Positions 48,232 through 62,564 of a DNA stretch of 64,000 nt are shown here, piece by piece. Location: assembly GCA_030704615.1 (NCBI GenBank), contig CM060731.1, forward strand, positions 23,684,001 to 23,748,000, in the 5' to 3' direction. The notes beneath the pieces are model-generated. The model was not told where the DNA came from. It did not search any database and saw only the letters and a list, made by a program, of their open reading frames with translations. Every line of letters begins with the position of its first letter. Position 1 is the first letter of the stretch. The position numbers were made by a program, and so were the translations under genes. This DNA is from Takakia lepidozioides. Its lineage: Eukaryota > Plantae > Bryophyta.

Positions 48232-50258
48232 TCTTCGTACCTTTCTTACAGCACACTGCTGGCTTTCAAGCATGTTGTACAGAGAGAGAGAGACAGAGTC
48301 TTCACAGGCTCAGCTGTAGCCAAATGCTGTGGGAAGGTTGAGAAACTGCCTTAATCCAGTGCTTCAATACTTCTAGTCTGGATGTGTATGTGCAAGAGGG
48401 GGCAGAAGAGTGAAACCAGCAGAAGAGAAGTACCTGCAGCTCATCGGATAGCCACATATGGTTATGGATTTGCATCCTCCCAATTGTGCTGTGCAAGTGT
48501 CAAGTATGACTCACTTGCTATGAAGGTAGAGCAGATATGTATGGACATGTCTCCTTCAAGCCATCCTTACTGATGGTGTTTTCATTCATGAAGGCAAGGA
48601 ATTTTCGCTGTGGATCTTGGGTTTTCCTCAGCATCATGGCTGAGGCTTAGAGTGAAGAGCTCTACTGAGATGGCACCCAACATTTCTTAGAGTTCATTTC
48701 CTCAGTACCACTGATTTTAGTAATGCCCCACTGAGATCCTAGGCCCACTTGCTACTTTGGAAGGCCAAAACTATTGGGAGGCGATGCACTGATAGAAGGT
48801 AGTATCCCTCTGGTAAACAGATTAGATCTTCCCCAACTTACTAGATGCCACACAACTTCATGCTGCTTCGTCTTCTCGGTCTCTCCCTATGACACCAAGC
48901 ACAGACTTCCCAGCAGACCATCATGCAAGTAACATAGACTCTCTCATCTTCTGTGGACTGCTTGTCTGCAGACTTGAGCACAGTATGTTCAAAAGTCTTC
49001 AGTATGGCGAACAAAAACTTCTTCTGAATTTGAACACAACAATGGAAGGTTAGGTTTGCTTCTCCTGAGCACCATACTGTTTCAACTTGCTTGCTTGTGC
49101 TACGTGGTTATTTCCACATTCACAACTTCAGAAATCAACCTGCCCTCAAGGTTGATGATCGCATCAGAGCAAGGTCTCAAGGACAGGCTCACAATAGAAC
49201 AATATGTTATACAGAAAGAGGCCTCTGCTTATGGCTTATACCATCTTTCGGGCATCAAAGACAGGATGGCTGGTGAAAGTAGACTGTCATGGTGTTTTCT
49301 TTACTCTGTTCGAAAGTATGTGAACAAACAAATATGCTTCCCCAACCTCAACAATGAACTACCTCATATTTGTCTAACTTCACATTCTTGAACATTTGAT
49401 GGGCTGTTGGGGTCTGTGATGATCTTGTAGACTACATCTGAATCCGCCTGGGATATGCTGCTTGTGATGATCACAAAGGATGAGGCTGTCCATTTTGCAT
49501 TTCTGCGGTGGATCAATGTAGTTCATTTAGGCAACTGTTGTTAATAGAAAAATCCTCTGAATACGCACGTTCTAGAAGCATTCACCTCTAGAAAGAGCAT
49601 GCTGGAAGATCTGCTGGTGTCCCTCAAACAGGCCACATGAGATAACTTAAGAGTGACTTCAGGTGTGGGCTACTTGAAAGTTAGCCCGGCCACCGAAATT
49701 TACTGGTAATTGATTAGAAAGTCAGTTGGTGTATCTGCAGATTCTTGGACAAATTGATTGCTAAACAGGTCTTACACTCAACAGAGTGGTCTTGTGATGA
49801 TCAGTACAATCAGTGCTTAGAAATCATATTTAAGTCTGCATAAAGACATTCAGAAAACCTTGGCAAAATGACTCCTCGACAAGAATCTTGAAATCATCTT
49901 CAACAGGCAATCAGTTTGTCTTCTGAAGCCAAAAATCTTTCAGTGATTCCCCCACTTTAAAAACTTAGGGGGAACCAAAAAGTTGCACATCAACACTGAC
50001 CAGTACTTAGGGTGTATCCCACGGACAAGACCAAAGAAATACAAATCACACCTCCATATCCATTTCTCCGTACACCATGTGCCTTTCCTAGCCTACAACT
50101 AGTAAGAGTTGAACCTAGAAACAAACCTCCACACAAGTGCCTCTAAAACCCTCTGCATTCTCCATGTCTCTAGATCTAAGGAGTTTTGCTGACCAAGTAA
50201 ACGTCCACCCAAAAATTGTCCCCAACCACTCAGACACTTGTCTTCTTGTCAACGAGTT

Positions 50259-52089
50259 TTACATTGCTGTACCTGAAGAAAATGACAAAAACAGTGAAAA
50301 TTGGTGACCAAACAACCACAGTCAAGATCCACCCTTAATCACTGTCCTAGACGAAAGAAGAATGCTGGAGGGGGATGACCACAAAGTTTTAAGTTGCCTA
50401 CAGTGTTTAAATGGACACCTATGCGGAGATGAAGCAACACAAATCCCTATTGATGGAAGCCTGCCTAGAAGGTTCACCAGGAGTGTCCAGGGCAGTCACT
50501 ACCCAGGGTTCTAATATGGTCCCTAAAACTAATATTGCATTTCTTAGATGTCTCCAATTGGAGTAAAAACCATATCCTGCCATCAGGGCGATGAGCATTC
50601 AACTGGACCCTCCCTGATAATTACTGAGGAAATCATTGCAAATGAACTTCAGGCTCAGCCACATTGAGATATTTAGCTTCTTGCCATCCCAGAGAGGACA
50701 AGAGAGGTGTACCAGATTCACGGGGAGCGCTGCACCGGTAGCATTCCATGCGGCTTGCAAAGTTGTGCTCATTGCAACCAGATCTGCTTTCTTACAAGAC
50801 AAATCCAGTTAGTTACAGCAATCGCCAAAATTAAGGCTTGCTTAGGTGCTCCAGTGTCATTATTCTTACCTCCACAACAGGTGGAAGAAGATCCTTGGTC
50901 TTAAATATCCTTGGTCTTATGTGACAAAAACCCGAAAAGCATTAAGTGGCCATAGAGAATTTCATTGATAGCCAGCAAACCATGAAAGCGACACTCTAAA
51001 ATCGTCTGGAACAATTCGACAGAGATCCAATGCCAATTTTCACTACCCCAAGGGTAAACCAGCTTTACTGTCCACAAGTGAAGCCCTTGCCCAGAACCCC
51101 TACATTCATCTTCACACTACAACAGAGAAAATCCATCATTCATGCTCAAACAAATTGCAGTTCCAAACTTTAAGGGGACACAATTTAAGACACCAAGACA
51201 AGGTATAACTACACTTTGAATTGGATGCCTCCCCATCTGAATACAATATCACACTAATGGCCACCCTCAACCCTAGCTGTGACTGGGGTTGCCAGAGTTT
51301 TGAAGTAATTCTGTGATTCTATTCCTGTTGGAGATGAAAGACTTCTACATACATGCTAGAAAGCAAGTAGTTGGCTACTTTTGCCTGAACAAGCATGTAA
51401 CTAGACTCCTAATATGTGTCAGACATTGCTGTGGTTCTCGGGTAGGAGAAGTGGGCAAGAGGGTCAAGGAGAGCATAAACGAACGACAAGGGAAACAAAC
51501 ATTTTCACCTGCCGCATATCCAATCACCAGACTTCCATCCTTGACGAGCACCGCCACCGCCACCGCCACTTCCACCTGCATTGTACGATGAGCCAAATCC
51601 GAAGTTCCCTCGAGACCCTCGGCCTGTGCTTCCCGTAGAATCGTAGCCTGGCGGCAACCCCCCTCCAGAACTCAAACCTTCGTCCTTGAATGCCCCACAC
51701 TTGAAACAGTTGTTCCTACTTGCGAAATTGTGAGCCCCGCAGCCAGAGGCCGGGCAGTACCAATCACCGGGTCTGACGCCCGTGTCTGAACCTCCCCCAA
51801 ACCCTCCGAAGTTGCCACCATAGCTGCGCCCGCCGTAATCTCCCCCGGAACCTCCACCTCCTCCCCCGCTGCTGTAGCTTGATCCAAAGCCATATGATCC
51901 TCCACCACCACCACCTCCTCCTCCTCCACCACCTCCTCCTCTGTTGTAACTAGAGTAGTCACCCCCCTCTGAACGGCCTCCAGACCCACCGCCTGGCCTT
52001 GCATCACTGCAGCGTTGACATGAGTCACGCCTGCTGAAGTTCAAATGCTGGCAGGAGGGACAGTTCCAGTCTCCAGGTTTTCGGTTCAT
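50259..52089 (-). CDS. Glycine-rich protein with three RanBP2-type zinc fingers; exons 52089-51509, 50783-50713, 50272-50259
   Basis: GDWNCPSCQHLNFSRRDSCQRC, GDWYCPASGCGAHNFASRNNCFKC, and GDWICGR|SGCNEHNFASRMECYRC across a GT-AG intron. Confidence 0.9.
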
Positions 52090-55000
52090 GCTTGTCTTCG
52101 CCTTCACTCAGGTGACAATGCCTGCACCGCTGTTCTACAGCTTTTCGGAACACGAAATATGCAGGCAGCCCCTGACCAAAACAACAGCTGTAGTGGTACG
52201 CTGATGCACCCCAACCAAAATTCCACGGCAGCAGGCCCCTGAGAGCAAAGAAGTGTGAGTAACAACTTCGATCACAGAACTTTCCGGGAAAATTGCTGCA
52301 CCAACCCTTCAGAAATGCTAAGTGTGTACGAAGACTAAGTACCAAGTACCAAGTACCAAGTGTACGTAACATTGCCACCAATCTGACAGAGATACCTGTC
52401 ACAGTCTCTCTGTTTCTATCCGTCAATCACGGCAAACAACTATTTTAATTAAGCCACACCACAACACAATATATGCTCTTCTCCCTACGATACGAAGATA
52501 CACGCCACAGACGCGCACACGCAATGCAATGCTTCACCAAATTTCTGCTGCAATGCAGACTCAAAGATCTCTTGGAGCGCGATACTAATCAATGTCTCTT
52601 GTCTCCAGGAAGTTTTACAATCTGTATCATGAAATGCCAACTCTAATGCATTGTCCACAACTCGATTCCCGCTATTCCCCACAAACAGACAAGAAGCAAC
52701 AAATGACCACCTCATAACCAGCTCCAAATTTACGAGGCTTGGCCAATACCTACATCCAAACTGTACGCTTCTCCCACACAGCACACCACAAATGAACACC
52801 TCAAACTTACCCGAACAGAAAAAAAACGCGCTTCCAACTAATCTTGCAACCAGGTCACCAAACTTCTCACAACTTCACAAAAAAAATAGATTCTACCACA
52901 AAAAACGCATCAATCCCTCTTCCACAACACAACAAGGATTGCAATTGTGTACCAGAAATGCAGCGCAGATCCGATGGCGCGCGAGAGTGTACAAAGAAAT
53001 CGCTAGCGAGAGCTCCCTGGCTCGCAAAGAAGTGATGGTGGTGACTAGTAACTAGTAACTAGGGTTATCCCCCCCTACTCACTTAGTCAGCTTGCGGACC
53101 GTTGTCTCTTCTGTTCATATGTTCCGCACGCGCAGATGCCATCCCCCACCAACGCTTCCTCGTCGATGAAAACCGTCCATGTCCCTAATCCCAGCCCTAA
53201 TCACCACTCTAATTGGGTTTGTGAGCCGGGGTTATCCCCGCTTAGCAGTGCTGGCCTAAGACGGTGGATGTTCATCCATCCTGGTCGGTGGACACGGTTA
53301 GTTATCCACACGGTAGGCAGGCGGGGTGGTGATTGGCCGGGTGTGGCCCACGCATTTATCTGCGGTGGGTCCGGCAAATAGCAGCACGCCACAGCGGCTT
53401 TATCCGCTCCACGCGATTATCTCGCTGCTTTGCGTTGGGCCCTCGTCATAGTGTCGGTGGAAATACGTGGGTGCTAAATCCCATAGCCTTTACACTGCCT
53501 TACACTAGAGACAAAAACTTGTTCACGTCCTCCATTATGAATGCCAAGTTTTGTTCAACTTCCGCCTTTTGAGGTTTGCGATCCATGCCTAAGGGTTTCC
53601 AACTTTTTTCTTTTCAGCCTTTTTTTTTTTTTTAAAGAACAGGGGGATAGTAGCCCTGGAAATTTTTATTAAGGTCAGGAAAAAATAACCTTACAATGGC
53701 CATAAGGCTGAGAACAGAGCTGGCACACAGAGCGGGGCGGAAGGGAGAAGAGAACCTGCGAGGGTAACAAGGCAGAGACAAATACTGCCAAGAACAGAGA
53801 AAAACAGCCCAAAATATATAAAGGAAACTAGGGAGCGCCAGCCCACAATTCAGGCCCTTGAGGAGGGGGGAAAGTTAACCCCCTTTCATTTATGGCCTAT
53901 GGAGACCTACAGGACGATCGATGCCGAGACAAACCGTCACGAACAATCCCACACACGGGCAGGCTGCGGGTTTTTTCTTTTTTCTTTTTTCTTGAGAATA
54001 TTTTCCACATTTTATTATGAGAGGGGAAAAAGGTAAACCCCTGTGGGGCCATAAGGCAAACACACCTGACGGTGAGGGACGAACCCAGGGTATTTTTTTT
54101 ATTTTTTATTTTTTAATTATGTGAGGGGAAAAATAAGCCCATGTGGGGCCATAATGCAAACACACCTGACGGTGACGACGAACCCAGAGTACTTTTAACG
54201 GAGGGAAAACCATCCCAGAGGATGAGGTGGAATGCAACGATTAAGAACAACAGCTAGGAGACGGCCAAGAACGAATCTAGAGCTCACGAGATGCAAGCTC
54301 CAAACTGAGGGCAAGGGTATGCCTACTAGCCCTGACATATTCCTACCACTGCGATCAATGAGAGGAGTAGCCTATAAATGAACGTGCAGTTAGAACAAAG
54401 AAGCCAGGATCGGCTTGAGAGAAGAAAGCAGTGGAAAGAATAGTTGTGAGCGATCCACATCAAACAGGGATTGGAGCCTGAGAGAGAAAAAAATAAAGAG
54501 AACACTAGAGTGAAGCGAACTTGGAGACAGAGAAAAAGGAGAATGGAACAACAAATGGCGTTGGAGGTCGCTACTTGCCGAAGCTAAGCCGAGTCGAGTT
54601 TCTGCCATTGATGTGTTTCCAATTAATTTCCCTGTCGAACTCCGGTGAGTCATGGTAGTGCAGTGATTGCCCCTTGTCAGGAGTTTGGTGGGCTTCTGGC
54701 CCAGAGACAGATTGCCGACGAAGAGCAGCTACATATGATGTTGTCTTTCCCCCAAGAGCATTTGGCAAAACTTTTTGTCAAATGGTAGCCTTGTTAGCTT
54801 CCATGTGCAAATTTGGGATTTGAACACGGTGGACCTTGTATTTGGTTTGATACTGGTTATTGGTAGCTCAAAGGAAACACATACTTTGGCTTCAATATTG
54901 TGTTATTTGGAAAAGAATTGATATGTATGGAAGACCAAAATAAAAATGTAGTAGTTCTTTGTAGTTAGACTGCCATTGTGTGCATTACAATTATCAGTTC

Positions 55001-55265
55001 ATTTAGAATCAATATGTCCAAAGAAGTTTCAACAAATTGCCAATCTATACCTCATGTTCTATCAACAGATGTCATCAGTGACTCTCTCTTTTCTTTAAAC
55101 CTCAAATTCCTTCTGCCTTACACACCCTGCAACATCAAAGCTGGAAACATGCCAGTGACTTCAAACCCATATTCTGCAAATTTACTTGTCATGGTTTTAG
55201 TCATGGTTATCTAGAATTACCTACTTCTAGTTAACTATGACATTTTAGATATTTATATTATATTT

Positions 55266-55606
55266 TGTGTGTTGGGACTTCATTGCGTCTCACATGCCAA
55301 GTGAGGTGTCGAGCCTCACTTGGGACATGAGGATAGGTTTTCCCCTTGTGAGGATGGAGGAGGCTCAACTTCTTGTAGTTGAGCCTCCATGAGCCTCTCT
55401 CACCTCCATAGCTCTAGGTATTGAGAGGGAGTGTGTTGAGGGCTTTGTAGGGTGGATTCCTTAAGCAAAGATGTTATTGGCTTGACTTAGTTTATGTGAT
55501 AGAGTGGATTTCACTTGGAAGGACTACGGCTTGTTCTTAGTGTGATTGCTTCATGCTTAGAGAGCTTTCATTGTCTTCCACTTCTCTCATTTCTCATCTC
55601 TTATCA
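55266..55606 (+). repeat. Degenerate LTR-like segment resembling the DNMT-Gypsy LTR
   Basis: TG...ttatCA bounds; shared blocks gctca..agttgagcctc, gtggattcc, ttggcttgactt in the same order as 18530-18625. Confidence 0.45.
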
Positions 55607-56921
55607 CTACAAGAAGATCATCTTATGCTTATGAGTGCGGAGTGTAAGGATTAGTTTTGCACTTGTATGTTAAAGAGGTTGAGAGCTAGGAGAATTTAGC
55701 TCTTGTATCACAAGGCTTGCAAGGGGTTGCAAGGAAGGGTGCTTTGGTGTTGCATGCACCAAGGAGTTGGAGAGCTTAAGAAGAGAGCTCTTGAGTCACA
55801 AGATTTTGCAAAAAGATGAAGTTTTATGTGTGTGGAAGCATATATTCTAGGATTTGATAATCTTTTGTATACATTACGGAGTCAATGGTGTGTGCCATGG
55901 CTTGTGGAGAGTGACTAAAGGCTTGTTAGTGCTCATTTCACTATCAAGCTAGGGTTAAGCAAGTTCAAAGTGTGGATGTTGTGGAAGAGAAGCCAAGGAG
56001 CTACATATGCTTGGGCTTGAAGACAACAAGGGCAAGCACTTGGAGAGCACTAAGAAGCTCAAGAGGTTTTGAAAGGGAGCAAATGAATAAATCTTTCAAT
56101 CATGGTGATGTGGAGCCAAGCTTAAGGCGCCATTAGAAGGGCTTGGAGAACATATGGTGGGAAATCCTAGAAGGGAAATCATCATTCAATGTATGCATAG
56201 CTTCACCCTAACTATGTAATGTGACAAGAGGGGGAGGCAATACTTGGCTATTCATGCTCTTGGTAGTGCGAGCTTTGTGGTGGATAGTTGACCAAGCAAG
56301 TGGTGCATGTGTGGAGCATGCTCTCTTGAGTTTGTAAGTTCAAGTTTGAGAATGGGAGCTCTTGAACTAGCAAGAGATGAAGGCCTTGAGATCCATTTAC
56401 AAGTGTGTGAAGTGGAGAGGTGTTGATTCATGTTATGATGAAGGAGAGCCACACATAGGCCAAGAGGTCATGGAACATGCATTCAAATGACCAAGGGGAG
56501 CACATGGATGATGGATTGGTGCAAGACCCCAAATGAGGCATATGGCGTGAGAGTAGGATCCAAGGCGGATTGTTTGGGAGCATTATTGTAAGTGACAAAC
56601 ATTGCTCCTACACAATGAGATAATTTGTGTTGATTTGGAGCAATTGTCAAGTGATGAGGAGACAAATGCACGATTGCTTGGCAATAGAGATATGGTAGTT
56701 TGCAATCAAATCCCAAGGACTAAAAGGGGGATTGACTTGGTGGACAATGACTTGCAAGTTGAGTTGGACCACTCTTGGTTGCATATTGGGGTGGAAGAGA
56801 GCAAGAAGATGCCTCTTACGACCACCTAGAGACCATATTTTTGCTTGAGTAGAAGCATAGAAGTCAAGGACTTGCATTCTAGCTCTTCATTACAAACCCT
56901 AGTAGTGTATGCTCAGATACA

Positions 56922-57303
56922 TCTGTTAGTATATCAAACAGGAGCTTGTCCCTTTTACTATACCTCTTTTGAGGTATCACCATATGTGAACCCTAATCAG
57001 CTCAGACTGTACCTCTGTTAATATACCAAACAGGAGCTTGTCCCTTTTACTATACCTCTGTTGAGGTATCACCATATGTGAACCCTAATCAGCTCAGACT
57101 ATACCTCTATTAGTATACCGAACAAGAGCTTGTCCCTTTTACTATACCTCTGTTGGGTATCACCATATGTGGACCCTAATCAGCTCAGACTGTACCTCTG
57201 TTAGTATACCAAACAGAACCCTCATTTTCAGACTATACCTCTGTAAAGGTATCACCAACATAAGGGACCCTAGCAACCTCAGACTATACCTCTGTTAAGG
57301 TAT
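56922..57303 (+). repeat. ~92-bp tandem repeat (about 4 units)
   Basis: Units start at 56922, 57014, 57106 and 57197; each has an atacct-N5/6-aggtat mini-hairpin. Confidence 0.9.
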
Positions 57304-58490
57304 CTACATTTAAAGGCCTTAGTGAAATTTAAGGGACTTTAGATGATTGTTTGGAAGATATTTAAGGGCCCTTGGAGGAGTGTTTGGAGGATCTTTGGGG
57401 TCCTTGGAGGAGTATAGGAGGACCCTTCGAGGAGCTTTGGTGGACAATGTTGAAGAGCTCTTGAAGGATTGATTGAGGGATATTTGAAGGATACTTGCCA
57501 CGGCCATACAAACAAGTGGATAGAGACAGGAGGGAGAGTGGTGGGATGAGAGCATTTTGGGGTTAGGAATTGCTTTAGTTTCTCTTCCCCATAGTCTTTC
57601 ACCATCTCTATAGGCCAAAACCTTTCCGTAGGTGGAGGCAAGAGTCAGTCCGGGTTTGGGCCGGGGTGTCCTTGCAGGAGCGACACTATAGAATGCTTTT
57701 GGTGTGGGGGAGTTGCTGTCTTTATTTTCTTGTGTTTGGATCCCCTCTACACCTGCATGCTTGACTGTGCGCCATGTTAGCTTTGTGTGGGCGCTTGTTT
57801 TTTATCACCGGCCAATCCTAGAGTATTTTGTCGGTGGTGAGGCTGGAGTAATGACCAGCAAGACCACCAGTGTTTCTTCTATGATGAGGCTGGGTTGATG
57901 ACCAGCAGACCATAGGAGTGCTTGCGGTGGATGCAGGTGCAGGTACAGGTCTACGTTAGAAACCTATTTTTTCTGCTTGAACCAGTAGCCGCAACATATT
58001 CTCTACCCGATTACCTTGTGGAAAGTGGGGATTAGAGACAGGTTGACAACCGGTTGGGTTGTAAGTTTTCATCACGGAGGTGCCACCAGTTACTAAGGGG
58101 AGTGCCGGTACGAGCACCAACGATACTAGTGGGTACACAAGATGAGGTGTGCGGCTCAGGCCACCTTCACCTTCAGTGTCTTCTGAGGAAGGTTCAGACT
58201 CGGAGTCAGGAGGATTCTCGCCGAGGGTGCAAGTCATTTCCGTGCCATTGTTGTGGGACACAATGGAGGAAATGTATGGAGCTACCAAAGGGCGGCAAAC
58301 AAAGCAAAATTCACACATTTGCAAAAGGCATACGCTCCTGCACACCCACTCCATATGCAAGGCCCTGTCCTCTCGTTTGGATCATACGAGAGGCCTCGCA
58401 TCATGCCGAGCTGGAAATGATTTCGCACAGGACGAATTTCTTCATGCCCCGATTCTAGGGTTTGAGTCCATGTCTGGCCCCTATCCCCCT

Positions 58491-58658
58491 AGCTCCGCTC
58501 GTCGTCTCTCATGACCAGACTCGATCCTAAAACAAAACAAACATAGCTCCGCCCTGTTCGACGTCTCTCATGATCAGACTCGACACTAAAAGAAAGCAAA
58601 CACAGCTCCGTCCTGATTGTCGTCTCTCATGATCAAACTTGACACAAAGAAAACAAAC
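58491..58658 (+). repeat. ~55-60-bp tandem repeat x3
   Basis: agctccg...cgtctctcatga(c/t)ca(g/a)act(c/t)ga...aaac repeated three times. Confidence 0.85.
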
Positions 58659-60764
58659 AGATGGTAGGGGAGACAAAAAAACGCTAAGTCCCCTCTACTC
58701 ATGACTGGATGGATGAGAAGACATTACCTTTATCATGGTAATTCCACTGTGGAGCGATTGAGTTAAGAATCTAAGATCGTTATTTTTAAGATATGAGCCA
58801 GGCATGAGTCCAGGGAATTCTTAGGGAACCAGGGAACAGGGAACCAAGACAAATTATTGAGAATAGATTTTCCCTTGTATTTTTTTTATTTTTTTTAAAA
58901 AGGGTGTTATGTTTAAAGAGCCTGGTTGGTCATATCTTTGTCAAATGAGCTCCGTTTGACGCAGTTTTTGGGGGGATAGCTGCAGAAAGGGGATCTGACC
59001 AAAAATCTATAGAATTTTTCTAATGTAAATTAGATCCTCGATAGATGGATGGATTTTGGGTTTTCCATCAATACATCCATCCATTCATTTGTTTTTCCAT
59101 TTTTTGGCCATTTTAATTATCCATTCATCCAAAATAAATCTTTAAATGAGTTTCACTATCAGTTCATCCAATTGTTGTCAGCTCAGCATTTGCATTATCA
59201 TTCGTTCATACGTTCATCCAGTGCACAAAAGTTATGTTTGATACGTTCATCCAATAGTTGCCAGCAAGGCATTTGTGTATCATTCGTTGAGATAATACAG
59301 TTGTTTTGTTTCACTAACCTTAACCAGCAGTCGATTAGTTTTACTGTTAATCTGCTGGGTCAATGAAACAGTAGTTAAATATTTTTATTACTTATTATCC
59401 TCATACTTAACGCAACCTAACAACCCTAAATTCGAGCACATTCATCCTAATTCATCCTAATCATTCATTCATCCACTCATTCATTCACAGGGTGTGGCTT
59501 AGTGCCCGCGAGCAATGATATGTTGACACATCGTCATTTGCAATCACATCCTGCATATGTTTCATCCATTTATGTTTGCATCGTCCACGTAGACACTCCT
59601 TGGGCAACCGGCAATCGCCACGTGCAGTTGTGAATACTGGCAGTCATACATTCCCATGCCCACGTCATCCTGCTGCAGTTTTGGCCATGACTCCTAGTCG
59701 TATCTACCATCTTCCCCTATCTGGTCAAACGTGTTTGACCGCAGATCCTGACGTGGCGGAGGTACAAGGTGGCATATACGACTTCTGTTGGTCACAAATG
59801 GCAACTAGGACTGCCCCCTTGCACTTTGTAGACATATATGCTACAACTGGGCAAATGTGGCAGACGTTAAAGCCGGAATATGTTAATGCGATCCATCAGC
59901 AGGTCACGGGGGCGCGCTCCCAGCTCGCTCAAACAGCAACAAAAAACAAAACGACATAGAAGAGGGAGAGAGAGAGTGAGGGAGAGGGATTAGGGCGAGA
60001 GGGAGAGTGAAAGAGAGGGCACGCGCGGGTTTGAACGCCGTGGCGCATCAGTGTTGCGTCACCACCGCCGGAAAACGCTCCGGCGCACGGGGGTAGTTGC
60101 GTCCGGGAGAGCTCGAGAGCAAAAACAAAACAAAGTAGGGATGGAGGGAGGGGAGGGAGGAAGAGTGACAGGAGGAGGGTGAGGGAGAGAGAGATCAGAT
60201 AGAGAGATTGAGAGGGGGAGTGAGAGGCGGTCGGTGCAGCTGCGGCGCGCCAGTGTGACGACCCCACCGGAAAACCTCGGCGGCGATCAGGCGCCTTCGC
60301 GAAGGGGAGAGAGAAGGGGAGAGAAGGGCGGCCACCTTGGCAGGAGGAGGATCCGCTGCGACGTTGGGGAATCGCACGAGCGTCGCTGCCTCAGGGGGAC
60401 GTCGCACGGCAGTTGCAGATCTGGCGCAAAGGTGAGTTAAAGAGGCATCTCATTTTTTATTTTATTTTTTTGGTTTTTTGGGTTATGGGGTTTTGCAAGG
60501 ATCATTTGGGTTTTTGGGTCTTTGGCTCTTAGGGTTTTAAGGGTTACATAGTTTAGTTTAGGGTTAGTTATAATATAGTTAGTTTAGGATTAGCTGCAAT
60601 ATAGTTTTGTTTTTAGGGTTTTGTTTTTTGGTGGGGTGGGGACATATGGCTTTACGTTTGTAGGGTTTTTTTTTTCAAGTTTTTCCAAGGGTTGGGAGTG
60701 TAACTCCTCCGGAGGTTACAGTGGGTCACAAATACAGTACTCTACCTCTTTCTCGTGCTAGGTC

Positions 60765-62564
60765 ATGCCGCATGTTTATCGACGTGTCACGCTTGAGGAT
60801 TCGTTGCCGGCTGTGCCACAACCACCTGCTGAGGGCGAGACAGCACGTTCGCCTAGGCGGCATCGCCATGTCCGCACAGCTTTGCCCCCACGGCCACCAC
60901 CCCGAGGTTGTAGGCCACCAAGTCCAGAGGCACGAGCCCCGGGGAGACCCCGCCGGGACCGCCTCCCCAAGATTGAGTGTTGGTACAGTTGGTGTTGGGC
61001 ACGACTACCGGTTGGGCGGACCACACCGATGATGCGGCGACCCCATGTTGTGCAAAAACATTACGCCAAGTACGAGATTGCTGATGCAACAAAGGTAAGT
61101 CGTCCATATATCTTCTCACGTACTCCTCAATTAAAAGTACTATATCTAATGAAACCTCACGTTTGTGAATTGAGTATTGATGCATTTCATATCATGCATC
61201 TTGCAGCCCCCGTCTTGATGTCCAAGCTCGCAATTTTTTTGCTGAAGAGGCATACCGATGCGGGTTTCTTTCTTCTTACGAGCCCCACCCCGTTCCGGAT
61301 GTGAACATTTTTTTCTCGCAACATGACGTAGATGCAGTTTGTGAGGTAGCGGGGTATGATGCGTGTTTTTCTATTTTTGGGCACCGGGCTAGGCGCTTGT
61401 CACCTACGCACACACATTCGTCATCCCCGACATCGGCACCCCCATCATCACCATCATCCGCATCGTCTGTTCCTCCTATTGTAGATGGTCTTTCCTCATC
61501 ACCATTGCCATCCAAGGTTCCTCATACCGACCGGCTACGTGTCCCTTCCCCTCCATTGCCGAAACCACAGCCGCCACCGAGTCCGAGTTTGACATCCTCG
61601 ACATGGGCACCCCCATCATCACCATCATCCGCATCGTCCGTTCCTCCTATTGTACATGTTCTTTCCTCATCACCATCCCCATCCCGGCCATCTCGGCCAG
61701 TACTACCTCCACGCAAGATCCCTCATACCAACCTACATTTCCCTTCCCCTCCATTGCCGAGACCACAGCCGCCACCGAGTCCGTATCCGGGTCCTCCGGC
61801 AGAACCCAGATGGATCCCACCACCTTTGGGGACTGTGTATGACTGGGACCGATGGATCACTAGGTTCCCACTCCGGGAGAAGGGCCCCCGAAGGTGATGG
61901 ACGGGCGCCGCCCCCTAGGAGAGGTGGACCGAAGTTGTTTCGCACGGTTGGTCCGCGCCTTCGCCGGCCTGATGACGGCACCATACATCATCGTGGTGCT
62001 AGAGCTATTCACGATGGGAGTCCAACCCCATTTCTACCAATGTCTTGTGCCTTGTCCAGTTCCGATTCCCGAGGGTGAGCCCTTTTTTTTTTTGGGTCGC
62101 ATGTATTGCGTGATGGAGGCAATGGACTATAGTATGGGTCGCGGACTTTTCTTTATGGAGGATGTAGTTTTGAGGGGAGGAGAGGATTCTGTGGATTTGT
62201 TCCCCTATTTTGGGCCGAGGTACACCCACCGGGAGTGGCAATTATTGCAGATACACGGCCTTGGGTCCTTGATCCATCCTTACATCCTTGTTGTGAACGA
62301 CAATGATGTAAGGGCAAGAAATTTGGGCCGCAAAGCCCATATTTATTGTGACGGAAACCCCGATGTGTATGGCAACGTGGCTGGGCTCATCAACAGTTCA
62401 GTTACCTTACCGCCGGGCCACACCGCCAACGTGTTTTGGGATGAGCGCCATGACGGGGATAGTAGATTGGACCCTAACATTACCACTTTTGTGATGACAT
62501 GTGTGCAAGGAGGACTATTAGGGCTGGAGAGGAGTTGTTTGCAGAGTATGACTTTAGGCGTTAG
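60765..62564 (+). pseudogene. Proline-rich + SET-domain (lysine methyltransferase-like) gene upstream of the CACTA transposase; 5' exon structure uncertain
   Basis: MGRGLF (62134), LFPYFG, YCDG..YGNVAGLINSS..ANV; after a TG-duplication frameshift near 62500, CARRTIRAGEELFAEYDFRR* (stop 62562-62564). The Pro-rich region contains a ~175-bp duplication (~61420-61780). Confidence 0.75.

Noticed and set aside
55605-55615. CACTACAAGAA as the left terminus of the CACTA element
   Set aside because: It overlaps the end of an LTR-like segment, has no subterminal repeats behind it, and the matching right end is outside the window, so it cannot be supported.
57700-60440. Short ORFs (58054, 58149, 59576, 59929, etc.) as genes
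   Set aside because: No domain motifs or consistent exon structure; low-complexity or promoter-like sequence.
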